From NCBI GenBank assembly GCA_965214785.1, contig OZ243975.1, forward strand, positions 1,824,232 to 1,888,231: a DNA stretch of 64,000 nt, written 5' to 3'. Positions 29,001 to 38,055 of this stretch are shown here, piece after piece. The position numbers and the translations under genes are program-made. Below the pieces are notes generated by a model. That model was not told the origin of the DNA. It made no database searches and saw only the letters and a program-made list of their open reading frames with translations. Origin of the DNA: Arenicellales bacterium (GTDB taxonomy: Bacteria; Pseudomonadota; Gammaproteobacteria; Arenicellales; JAJDZL01). Numbering within the stretch: position 1 is the first letter of the stretch; each line of letters begins with the position of its first letter.

Positions 29001-29941
29001 AACGAGAAAAGAGAAGATCTGAGACGTTCAACCTGGGTTTTCTGGATGTGATTACCTGCGGCTTCGGCGCGATTATTCTGTTAATTATTATTGTCAAGCC
29101 CATTCCTGTTGAATCAATCATTGACGGCAAGGATTCAGAGATTCTCGAACAGATTGCCGAACTTTCACTTGAAGTTACAGATCTGAAGAATCTTCTCTCG
29201 AAGTTAAGCGCCCAGGAGTTAAACGAGCGCGATGTGGATGAAGCCGATGAACGACTCCGGCAACAATCAATACAGATAGAGAATCAGGCGAGTAAACTTC
29301 AACAAGTGATAGACGAAAATGAAGCGCTTGAGATCGCACTGGAATCACTAAAAAGAGCAACGATTCAAGTTCAGGCGCAACCCACCGAACGCGATCCTGA
29401 AGTAGGCGGAATACCGGTAGACAGTGAGTATGTTATTTTTGTCATCGACAATTCAGGAAGCATGCAGGAAATTTGGGATCAGGTACTGAGCACCATCAAT
29501 CATCTGCTGGATGTTCACCCAACTGTTAAAGGATTTCAGGTGCTCAATGACAATGGTCAATTCCTTGTTGAGTCCTCTCGTCGAAAGTGGATGCCCGACA
29601 CCCCGAGGAGAAGGAATTTCGTGCGAAATCATCTTCGAGAATGGCGAGTATTTTCGAACAGTAGCCCGGCTGAAGGCATTCATATAGCCTTGCAGGTTTA
29701 CGCGAAAAAATACGACAAGATTTCAATATACGTGCTAGGTGATGAATTCTATGGCCCAAGTTACGACGAAGTGGTTGAAGTAGTGGAAAATTGGAATCCC
29801 CGAACTCATTCGGGGAAACCCAAAGTTCGCGTCCACGGCATCGGATTTATGTCTCGCGGGGGGACGGAGCGGTATGCAACGTTAATGCGAGCCGTTACGG
29901 AGAAGAATCGAGGCTCGTTTCTCGGTCTGCCCATACAGTAA
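28997..29941 (+). CDS. Second MotB/ExbD-like TM anchor + coiled coil + vWA domain protein
   Basis: TM LGFLD17VITCGFGAIILLIII, coiled coil, MIDAS IDNSGS...YVLGDE; ATGA overlap with the previous gene. Confidence 0.85.
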   Translation: MKREKRRSETFNLGFLDVITCGFGAIILLIIIVKPIPVESIIDGKDSEILEQIAELSLEVTDLKNLLSKLSAQELNERDVDEADERLRQQSIQIENQASKLQQVIDENEALEIALESLKRATIQVQAQPTERDPEVGGIPVDSEYVIFVIDNSGSMQEIWDQVLSTINHLLDVHPTVKGFQVLNDNGQFLVESSRRKWMPDTPRRRNFVRNHLREWRVFSNSSPAEGIHIALQVYAKKYDKISIYVLGDEFYGPSYDEVVEVVENWNPRTHSGKPKVRVHGIGFMSRGGTERYATLMRAVTEKNRGSFLGLPIQ

Positions 29942-29956
29942 TGGATACAGTAATGG
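29933..29956. repeat. 12-bp tandem duplication spanning the stop codon
   Basis: ATACAGTAATGG ATACAGTAATGG. Confidence 0.75.
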
Positions 29957-30030
29957 AATTTACCGCTTTCCAATCAAGAGTAAGCAGCCTTGTCTCGCGC
30001 TGTGAGTGATATTTGCTGACGCTTTGCGCG

Positions 30031-31269
30031 TTACACCATCGACTTGGACACGGTCTTGTGGTGCGCATCAATGGCGTTTCGCACATCGGTGGAGATGGGG
30101 AGGTTGGTTTTTTCTGCTTCCCAATGCTGATGGAAAAGATCGACTGTTTCGCGTGCAGCATCAAGCACAAGCCTTACCGGCAGCGCCGCTTTCGCAGCCA
30201 AATGCGCAAGTTCGTCTTCGTTGAAGTCCGAAAATGCCTTTGAGCGTGAGACGTTCAGTGCGAATCGGTCGCTGCGGATATAGGGGATAGTCGAGACAAA
30301 GTCGTAGGCAGGTGCCAGCGACACGTTTCGCCGATCAGGATAGATCAACGACCAGTTCTTCAGATGCATGTCACCGTTGCCGATCAGGGCGCTGAAAGTA
30401 AGGCGGCGAATGAACTCGACGATATCTGCATCATTGCCCTCGGCAGCAATAACCTGAACGATGTTGCGCATGTTGGCTTTGTTGTATTTGTCTTGAGCAT
30501 AAACACCATAGATTTGTGCGAAATCCTCAGTGTGAACTCGTGTACCGTCTTCAAGTCGGTCAAAACGTTTGATCGCGAAAGCCTTGTCGCCAATCCCGTC
30601 AATTCCTTCAGGGATATTCCCGATCTTTTTGATATCAACGAGATCGATGGCCGGAACGTTCATGCCGATCAGGTCGGCAAGTCGCATCATCGAATATTCA
30701 TTCTCTGGAACACCTGCAAACGCTCGGGAAGGTAACTTTATGATCCATGAACCGCCTACGCCGGAAGCTGGAATGGTCAGTCCGCCGCTGGCTTCAAGCA
30801 CAGCAGAAAACTTGATCTGTACACCCGCGAGTGAAAAACGAAACGCATTGTCACGAACATCACTGTCATCATGACGATCATCGTCTCCCACGTCATCAAC
30901 AATGGGCGGCCACGCTTCACCATCAATGGGGCGCATCGTCACGGCTCCGGGCAAATCATGACCGAGCACCCAAAGCAGGTGAAATTCCCGCTCTTGGTTG
31001 ATTTTGGCTTTTTCCGAGAGATAGGTACGCAAATGACCTTCAGGCAGAAGATTCGAGAAAAACGGCATGACTCGCTTTTGGCAGGGTCTAAAATCGGTTA
31101 ACAACGAACCGAACTCATCCTTGAAACCCAATCCAAGTGTCAACCGGTCAGGATCATCAATATAGTCATCGTTGAAGGCAAAGATGGTACGGTCACCACC
31201 AATATTTGTCAGGGTACCGATTGGCTCGTCATGTAACAGCACATCAAGAACAGCAACATTATCCATCAT
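30031..31269 (-). CDS. hipA: HipA family Ser/Thr kinase toxin with HipA N-terminal domain
   Basis: PFFSNLLPEG, FSLAGVQ.K, ENEY, RFDR, EDFAQ, GNGDMHLKNWS, LAPAYD; start set at MMDNV. Confidence 0.92.
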   Translation of the reverse strand: MMDNVAVLDVLLHDEPIGTLTNIGGDRTIFAFNDDYIDDPDRLTLGLGFKDEFGSLLTDFRPCQKRVMPFFSNLLPEGHLRTYLSEKAKINQEREFHLLWVLGHDLPGAVTMRPIDGEAWPPIVDDVGDDDRHDDSDVRDNAFRFSLAGVQIKFSAVLEASGGLTIPASGVGGSWIIKLPSRAFAGVPENEYSMMRLADLIGMNVPAIDLVDIKKIGNIPEGIDGIGDKAFAIKRFDRLEDGTRVHTEDFAQIYGVYAQDKYNKANMRNIVQVIAAEGNDADIVEFIRRLTFSALIGNGDMHLKNWSLIYPDRRNVSLAPAYDFVSTIPYIRSDRFALNVSRSKAFSDFNEDELAHLAAKAALPVRLVLDAARETVDLFHQHWEAEKTNLPISTDVRNAIDAHHKTVSKSMV

Positions 31270-31849
31270 CACTTCCGTCGAGCCGGTAAGCGGGGCGGGC
31301 GGAGCGATCATGGTCACCAGTACTGTGTGCATGCGCCAAAGTGCTGCGCAGGGCATTGATTTGTCTGGCTGCACGTTTGATGGTATCGCTACCATCGGTT
31401 ATTTTGACACTCTCAAGAGATTTTCGGATATCGCGTATCGGATCGATGTTTGAGAACAGGTTGCGAAACTGGTTGATTTCCCTGACGCTGCGCTGCAGTT
31501 GCTTTGTTTCCTCAAGCACCATCAATTCAGGATTGATGGTGTTCACGGCTTGCTCAATCTTGCGAAATTCTTTTGCGATAGCCGGATCAACGATCGGCGA
31601 TACCCCTATGCTGCGGGTCACGGACTTGACCGCTGGAAGCGCCTTGCGTGCAACCAGCGTAATTTCCAAATCAAGCGCATGCGCGATGGCGATAAGACTG
31701 GAAATACGCAAATCAACCGTGTTGTTCTCAATCTTCGAGATATGGGACTGTGGTACACCCGCAAGAACACCGAGCGCACGTTGACTCAGTCCTTTTTGTT
31801 CTCTCGCCCTCTTGAAGACCTCTATGATATTTTCTGTCAAGTAGCTCAT
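31259..31849 (-). CDS. XRE-family HTH regulator/antitoxin (HipB-like, extended C-terminus)
   Basis: AREQKGLSQRALG...GVPQSHISKIEN; overlaps the hipA start. Confidence 0.85.
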   Translation of the reverse strand: MSYLTENIIEVFKRAREQKGLSQRALGVLAGVPQSHISKIENNTVDLRISSLIAIAHALDLEITLVARKALPAVKSVTRSIGVSPIVDPAIAKEFRKIEQAVNTINPELMVLEETKQLQRSVREINQFRNLFSNIDPIRDIRKSLESVKITDGSDTIKRAARQINALRSTLAHAHSTGDHDRSARPAYRLDGSDDG

Positions 31850-31861
31850 ATCTATATATTA

Positions 31862-31892
31862 TAACATATCATTTATTAATATTGATATGTTA
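31862..31892. promoter_or_regulatory. Candidate HipB-like operator, TAACATATCA-N11-TGATATGTTA
   Basis: Perfect 10-bp inverted repeat about 12 bp upstream of the HTH gene start in AT-rich DNA. Confidence 0.6.
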
Positions 31893-32165
31893 ATATATAT
31901 CATATCTTCTCATCTTGAAACTAATAACTGGCAACAACATTACTTCCAGTAGTAACTTCAGTGCCCGCCAGTGAGGAGAGCCGAATAGATTGTGAAGGAT
32001 TCAGGAAACAGCGATCAGGCTGAACGTGGTCGAAAACCACAATCTTCGATGCAGTTCGGATGGGCGCGCTCTGCAGGCAGAATGAATGCAAAAAATGCTG
32101 AACAGTTATTGCTCGGCGATTTCCGAATTTTTCCCGGTCATTGGTAGATTGTGACGGCAGCTGCC

Positions 32166-33710
32166 TTATTTACGCGCTCCTTGAACCAGACGGTCAAGAA
32201 TCATGGCGCAAAACAAAATAGAAAATCCGGCTAAAATTCCCTGTCCCACATTCGCATATTGCAGCGCTTCGAGAACATCTTCACCCAGCCCCTTCGCACC
32301 GATCAGTGATGCGACAACAACCATTGCGAGTGAGAGCATAATTGTTTGATTGATTCCCGCTCGAATTGACGGACTCGCCAGTGGCAGGTCAACGCGTGTG
32401 AACAGGTACCATTTGTTTGCACCAAACGATATAGCCGCTTCGCGCACGTGTTCCGGCACGCCGCGCAGGCCTAAAACCGTCAGGCGCACGACTGGAGTGC
32501 CGCCAAATATCATTGTGGTGACTACCGCAGCCGGCTTGCCGGTTCCAAAAAAAGCAATAACCGGAATCATAAAAACAAATGCAGGCATGGTTTGCATAAA
32601 GTCCATGATCGGCTGGATAAAGGAATAAAACCGCGGCCTACGAGCACAAAAAAGCCCCAGCGGTATGCCGATTGCAATCGAAAGGCAAGCCGCTGTTCCC
32701 AGCAGTGCTAAAGTAGTCATTGCTTTGACCCAGAATCCCAGTAACCCCATATAGGCCAAAAATGCGCCAGACCATATTGCGGTGCGAACACCAGCCGTAA
32801 GCCAGGTTAACAGCACAATGAAGCTCGCGATAACAATCCATGGCGTATTGACAAAAACCAGTTCCAGCGCATCGAGAATCAGGCGAATTCCGTAGGTAAT
32901 AAAGTCGAACAGCACTTCACCTTGCGTTACACAAAAAGTAAAAAATGCCTCAACCCATACAATGCTGGTCAAACGAATATCAGGATCGGTAGGAAAATGC
33001 GCAAGGGTTTCAAACTGTCCGGGGAAACTGTAGTGGTACATCGCTGCACTGACAATAATGACCATAAAAACGGCACTTGAAAACAATTGCCGCGACGAAA
33101 ACCCTGAGCGAATGCTACGGTCCGACAACCACTCGGAAAACTGAGCTTCCAGTGCTGAATTGGCAACTGCAGACTGCACCGCTTTGACCGCAAGCAAGAT
33201 GACGACACCGGTAAGTGCAATCCATATTCCCTGCTCTGCGATTGCCTGGGCTTCGAGTCTGATCCCCCCGATTGAATCTTCCAATGAGGTTACAGTTCGC
33301 TGATAAACATCAACTTTGTCGGACTGTGATTCAATTGCTGACTGCAACTGCTGGCGGCGCAGTTCCAAAGTCCCCTCAATGGATTCAATACGAGCGCGGG
33401 CATCGGCAGCGAGATCGCCAAACAGCCCCCGTACGATCTGTACATAGCCTAAAGTTTCAACAATAAGAAATGGCAACGCCCATTTCCACAACCCGCGGGC
33501 TCCAAACCAGACTGGACCGAGAATTCCGGCAGTTGGATTGAAAGTAGGGGTAAATCGAGCGCTCGCTCCAATCTTGTCGAACTGCGCGATATAGTAGTCT
33601 GAATTGGTCTCAACGAAGGTGCGAATATTCTCGCACCGCTGCTCAGCGTATTTTTCTGCAACTTTGAAATCGATTGCATCATCAAGCTGGCTTGATACTA
33701 TTTCTGTCAT
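32166..33710 (-). CDS. Glycine betaine/proline-type ABC permease (ProW-like) with long N-terminal extension
   Basis: MDFMQTMPAFV, EAA loop REAAISFGA, GINQTIMLSL; N-terminal DUF2628-like segment and coiled coil. Confidence 0.9.
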   Translation of the reverse strand: MTEIVSSQLDDAIDFKVAEKYAEQRCENIRTFVETNSDYYIAQFDKIGASARFTPTFNPTAGILGPVWFGARGLWKWALPFLIVETLGYVQIVRGLFGDLAADARARIESIEGTLELRRQQLQSAIESQSDKVDVYQRTVTSLEDSIGGIRLEAQAIAEQGIWIALTGVVILLAVKAVQSAVANSALEAQFSEWLSDRSIRSGFSSRQLFSSAVFMVIIVSAAMYHYSFPGQFETLAHFPTDPDIRLTSIVWVEAFFTFCVTQGEVLFDFITYGIRLILDALELVFVNTPWIVIASFIVLLTWLTAGVRTAIWSGAFLAYMGLLGFWVKAMTTLALLGTAACLSIAIGIPLGLFCARRPRFYSFIQPIMDFMQTMPAFVFMIPVIAFFGTGKPAAVVTTMIFGGTPVVRLTVLGLRGVPEHVREAAISFGANKWYLFTRVDLPLASPSIRAGINQTIMLSLAMVVVASLIGAKGLGEDVLEALQYANVGQGILAGFSILFCAMILDRLVQGARK

Positions 33711-34783
33711 GACACATCGGCTCCTTCAATAACGGTTCGTAATATGTCTTTTCTGGTGATTACACCGACATCGGTATTGCCGCTTTCCACCACAATCGCT
33801 GATTCGCGGTCAATCGCAATATTGATGACCTTACTGAGCATCTCATTTTCATTGACCCGCGGAGCGTCTTGCGGCAATGGTGGATGGGTGGCGTGATACT
33901 CGTCGAGCGACTGCATGACCACATATGCCCGAACAATCTTGAGTCGGGAGATTCCAGCTACAAAATCAGCGACATAATCATCAGCCGGATGCATCACAAT
34001 GTCTTCGGCGGTGCCAATCTGGACCACTTTGCCATCATGCATTATTGCAATGCGGTTGCCTACGCGAACCGCTTCGTCGAGATCATGGGTGATAAAAACA
34101 GTTGTTTTTTTCATCATATCCGACAGCCGGATGAACTCATCTTGCAGCTGTCGTCGAATCAATGGGTCAAGTGCGCTGAACGGCTCATCCATCAACAACA
34201 CATCCGGGTTGGCTGCCAGTGCGCGTGCCAATCCGACGCGCTGTTGCATACCACCAGACAACTCATGGGCAAATTTACTTCCCCATGCTCCCAATTCGAC
34301 TATATCAAGAATCGCTGCTGCATGGCGCATGCGCTCATTTTTGCTGACCTGACGGATTTCCAGCGGCATCGCCACATTGTCCAGTACCGAGCGGTGCGGC
34401 AACAGTGCGAAATTCTGAAACACCATTCCAATCTTTTGATTTCTGAACTTCTGAAGCTGTACCGGCTTCAGTGCCATGACATCGGTCCCATCAATTTCAA
34501 TGGTTCCCGCGGTTGGTTCCAACAGGCGATTGAAATGACGTACCAAGGTGGACTTTCCGCTGCCGGATAAACCCATTACACAAAATATTTCGCCTCGATT
34601 CACGCTGAGGCTCACGTCAGCAACACCGACTACGGCATTGAATTCACTAAGCACTTCCGACTTCGTCAGTCCTCGCTGCTCAATGGCTTTCATCGCTTCG
34701 TGTGCATTGGTGCCGAAGATTTTCCAGACGTTCGAAATCCGGATGGCGACGTCTTGTAAAGTTGGTGGTGTTTGTACAGGCAT
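33707..34783 (-). CDS. Betaine/proline/choline ABC transporter ATP-binding protein (ProV-like)
   Basis: MGLSGSGKS, LSGGMQQRVGLARAL, DEPFSALDPLIR, THDLDEA; CBS-like C-terminus. Confidence 0.93.
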   Translation of the reverse strand: MPVQTPPTLQDVAIRISNVWKIFGTNAHEAMKAIEQRGLTKSEVLSEFNAVVGVADVSLSVNRGEIFCVMGLSGSGKSTLVRHFNRLLEPTAGTIEIDGTDVMALKPVQLQKFRNQKIGMVFQNFALLPHRSVLDNVAMPLEIRQVSKNERMRHAAAILDIVELGAWGSKFAHELSGGMQQRVGLARALAANPDVLLMDEPFSALDPLIRRQLQDEFIRLSDMMKKTTVFITHDLDEAVRVGNRIAIMHDGKVVQIGTAEDIVMHPADDYVADFVAGISRLKIVRAYVVMQSLDEYHATHPPLPQDAPRVNENEMLSKVINIAIDRESAIVVESGNTDVGVITRKDILRTVIEGADVS

Positions 34784-34826
34784 TGTGCTATGTCCGACCG
34801 CAGGCCGTTAACTTGCCTAAATCGTT

Positions 34827-34860
34827 AAAAGGGAGCCGGGAGCGCAAGAGTCTCCCGGCT
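34827..34860 (-). terminator. Stem-loop after the binding-protein gene
   Basis: AGCCGGGAG-N9-CTCCCGGCT followed on the minus strand by CCCTTTT. Confidence 0.6.
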
Positions 34861-34891
34861 TGATTGTTTTGTTACGCGTTGGCGGGACGAA

Positions 34892-35857
34892 TTACAGTCC
34901 AAGCCATGCGTCAACGCGGTCAGGATTATTGGTTACCCATTCGCGCGCAACTTCCCCAGCGTCTCGACCATTGCCGGAGATTTCGAAAGCAAAACTGCTG
35001 ACATCATCTGCGGTGAGCCCAAATCGCTGGAAAAATTCAGCAATTGCAGGTGAACGATCCGCCAGAGAATTCGACCAGGCGATCTGGACATTCTTCGGCG
35101 CGTCCTTGGTCGCTACCATGGATTCCTCATACCAATCTGCAGAATCTGAAGGCTGCAGCATGACGTATTTTTCCGGGTCGTAGGTCGGTTCAGTCAGCAT
35201 CTTCACATCAAACATGTACCAAATTGCGTGTGGCTCATAGCAATAAAAGGCATAGCCCTCGTCTTTGGCAATTGAATCTTTTACACGTGCTGTTTTTACA
35301 CTCTCTTCTGCCCGGATGGGTTCGATAAAGTCCATCAAACCGTAATCTCGCACTTTGACTTCATTCACATTGGCAGAAGCCCAACCCGGAGCGCCAATCC
35401 ACATTTCACCTCGCCCATTGCCGTCGCTGTCCATCTGACTGGCAACGTCAGGACGTCCGAGGTCAGCAATGTCGGTAATCGTATTTTTTTCTGCGAACTG
35501 CTTGGATACACAAAAACCCTGGTTGCCGATATATGGGTTGCTTGACAAAGTGACAGTGCCCGCACCATCGACATATTTTTTAGTGAAACTTTCCTGGTTC
35601 GGAAGCCAGACATCCGGATGAACATCTATGTCACCTTTGCCTTGGTCCATTGCCTGGAATATGGTTGCATTGTTACCAGGTACCAATTCTGCTTCTCCGC
35701 CGATACGCATTTCAACGACGGCTGCCAACAAGTTGGCGACCGCTTGAGCACCAGTCCAAGACGGCACACCAATGTTTACTTTTTCGGCTGCAAGCGCGGG
35801 GCCGCAAAAGAGCGAAAATGAGACTGCTAATACCAATGATCGAAAAATTGATTTCAT
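34892..35857 (-). CDS. Betaine-type ABC substrate-binding protein (ProX/OpuAC family)
   Basis: Signal peptide, DVHPDVWLPNQ, IGAPGW, YCYEPH, DRVDAWL; heads the ABC operon. Confidence 0.88.
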   Translation of the reverse strand: MKSIFRSLVLAVSFSLFCGPALAAEKVNIGVPSWTGAQAVANLLAAVVEMRIGGEAELVPGNNATIFQAMDQGKGDIDVHPDVWLPNQESFTKKYVDGAGTVTLSSNPYIGNQGFCVSKQFAEKNTITDIADLGRPDVASQMDSDGNGRGEMWIGAPGWASANVNEVKVRDYGLMDFIEPIRAEESVKTARVKDSIAKDEGYAFYCYEPHAIWYMFDVKMLTEPTYDPEKYVMLQPSDSADWYEESMVATKDAPKNVQIAWSNSLADRSPAIAEFFQRFGLTADDVSSFAFEISGNGRDAGEVAREWVTNNPDRVDAWLGL

Positions 35858-36284
35858 TCTTCTCTCCTAATGTTTGCGCCGGATAAGTTCCGGCAATCCA
35901 TAAACTGTCGAACAGTATTTTGTTTCTGACTCCAAGTCGCAAGACTCAGCAGAAATAGCCTTAAATCGCTAATGCGTCACCGCAATAGCAATGCTGATTC
36001 GACAGTGATTAACTGCTAAATGTCTTAACATTTAAAAAGGCTAGCGAGCATTTTAACGCACAATACTGATTGACCCTTGAACCATTTTTATAATTGATTA
36101 GCTGCAGTGTCATCAAATACAGTGTGCGAGGTGCGACATGCGAGCGGGAATTGAGAAACTTCAGTAAAATGAATAGTTGGAGCTTATCACTTGCGTATTT
36201 GCGATAAAAATATAGGCAAGTCAGTACAACAGTCAAAACCTATAATTTGCATAATACAAGATTCAATCAAAAAGAGGCTATACA

Positions 36285-36951
36285 ATGATAAAATTAATTA
36301 AATCAAGAATTAAGGGGGGGGGTAATCGCATTACTGACCTGTTTGTTTGTTAATAGTTCTGTAGCGGAGACCATTACATTCTTTGGCAAACCAAGTCTCC
36401 TTGAAGGCGGACTGACCGCTGAATATTACAACGACGAATATGGTTCGAGACACTGCAGCGGGCAGATTGGGCTTTGCCGATACCGGGACGAGCCCATAGT
36501 AGACATGAACAACAATCCAGTATCAGTAGACAGACGTCTACGAACAACAGTTGGCTTTAACATCACAAACGCAGATGGTGGTGACTACTTTATAGGTGCA
36601 ACCGGCACTGGTCAGACGGCTGTTCTAAAAACTGGCGATACAGTTTATTCGGGCGGAGGCGGATCTGTTAATAGAGTAACAATTAATGAAGGCGAATCAG
36701 GGAGAGTAACAGTAACATATACACCAGACCCAGGTTATCTTGGTCACCATTCTAAGGGCAGCGCAACGACTTTTGAGATCCATGTGAGGAAGAATCGTGA
36801 CGGCAAAGTCAGCACCTCACCGGATATAACTATTACGGTTTTTGACGACGACGATAGATACTATATCGGACAGCGCAACGGACATCCATATGATGGTTAT
36901 CAATGGCAATCATCCCCCTACTGCGGTGCAGGTGCGAATGGTTCATGCTGA
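36285..36951 (+). CDS. Secreted hypothetical beta-rich protein, frameshifted at a G9 tract (36314-36322)
   Basis: GAGG RBS and ATG 36285; removing one G gives MIKLIKSRIKGGVIALLTCLFVNSSVA-ETIT in frame with ORF 36343-36951; Calx-beta-like TITVFDDD. Confidence 0.65.
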
Positions 36952-37166
36952 TAACGATACGTATTACAAACTGAACACACAAACGAGAGCAACTTTGGTC
37001 GCTCGGTATCAAACTGAAAAATTCAATGCGAACCAGAAAGTGCAATAATTCCTGGAACAAATTCTACAACTCGATTCACTGGCATCAACCAAGATCACAA
37101 GACTACCGGATCCCGGTGTTATGAAATCGCCAATTTGAACCCCCAGTCTCGAGTTGCGTTAATACC

Positions 37167-37607
37167 ATGAGATATTTGCACACTATGATCCGGGTTAGCG
37201 ATCTGGATAGATCTCTGGAATTCTTCCAGGACTGCCTTGGCATGACTGAAGTGCGCCGCTATGACAACGAAAACGGGAGATTTACGCTGGTTTTTCTTGC
37301 TGCAGAAGACGACATTGATCGTGCGCAGCAACAACAGTCACCGGTCATTGAGCTGACCTACAACTGGGACAGCGAGGAATATTCACAGGGACGGAATTTC
37401 GGGCACCTCGCTTACGAAGTAGATGACATTTACGCTGTTTGTGAAAAACTGCAGGAAAAAGGCATCGTCATCAATCGGCCTCCAAGAGACGGTCGCATGG
37501 CATTTATCCGTACGCCTGATAATATCTCTATCGAACTGTTGCAAAAAGGTGAAGCACTCGCTGTCAAAGAACCGTGGTCTTCAATGGAAAATATCGGGCA
37601 GTGGTAA
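37167..37607 (+). CDS. gloA: Lactoylglutathione lyase (glyoxalase I)
   Basis: YLHTMIRV.DL..SL.F, IELTYNWD, FGHLA, FIRTPD..SIELL. Confidence 0.93.
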   Translation: MRYLHTMIRVSDLDRSLEFFQDCLGMTEVRRYDNENGRFTLVFLAAEDDIDRAQQQQSPVIELTYNWDSEEYSQGRNFGHLAYEVDDIYAVCEKLQEKGIVINRPPRDGRMAFIRTPDNISIELLQKGEALAVKEPWSSMENIGQW

Positions 37608-37638
37608 CACCTTAATCAGTGAAATTTCCTCAGGCAAA

Positions 37639-38055
37639 TTACTTTTCTATAGGAAGATTTTCTTTCAGCCAGGCGGCAAACCCGCCTTGCAAAGTGCGTA
37701 CATCTGAGAAGTCATTTTTTCTCAGAATGCCTGCCGCTTTTGCCGAACGGTTGCCCATTCTGCAGACGACAACAATAGGACGAGCTCGGAACTTTGACAA
37801 TGTGTTGATGTCCGAAGCTATTTTACTCAGTGGAATGTTTCTGGCCTTTGGAATGCGACCGGTTTGAAATTCATTTGGCTCGGAAATGTCAACAACGACC
37901 GCATTATCGCTGCTCATGAGTCTCGGTAAGTCAGCAACAGTCACCGTGCGGATGCCTCCGGTGCGTTTCCTAAGCGGCTCAAACGCGAATAACGCGATGA
38001 TCGCAGCTAATGCGAGAAACAAATGCCAATTCAGTTTTACAAATTCAATATCCAT
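37639..38055 (-). CDS. Membrane-anchored rhodanese-like protein (YibN-like)
   Basis: N-terminal TM, VVD....EF..GRIP.A.NIP, VVCRMGNRS, LQGGFAAW..ENLP. Confidence 0.88.
   Translation of the reverse strand: MDIEFVKLNWHLFLALAAIIALFAFEPLRKRTGGIRTVTVADLPRLMSSDNAVVVDISEPNEFQTGRIPKARNIPLSKIASDINTLSKFRARPIVVVCRMGNRSAKAAGILRKNDFSDVRTLQGGFAAWLKENLPIEK

Noticed and set aside
27170-29941. Zorya defence system, flagellar stator or Ton/Tol system
   Set aside because: The B-like subunits carry vWA rather than OmpA-like or ExbD domains. There is no long ZorA tail, no ZorC/D/E, and no TonB/TolA, receptor or flagellar genes.
33869-34570. Long antisense ORFs opposite conserved genes (also 45356-45982, 46700-47278, 60627-61193 and similar overlapping ORFs)
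   Set aside because: These are shadow frames of well-supported genes with no independent motifs.
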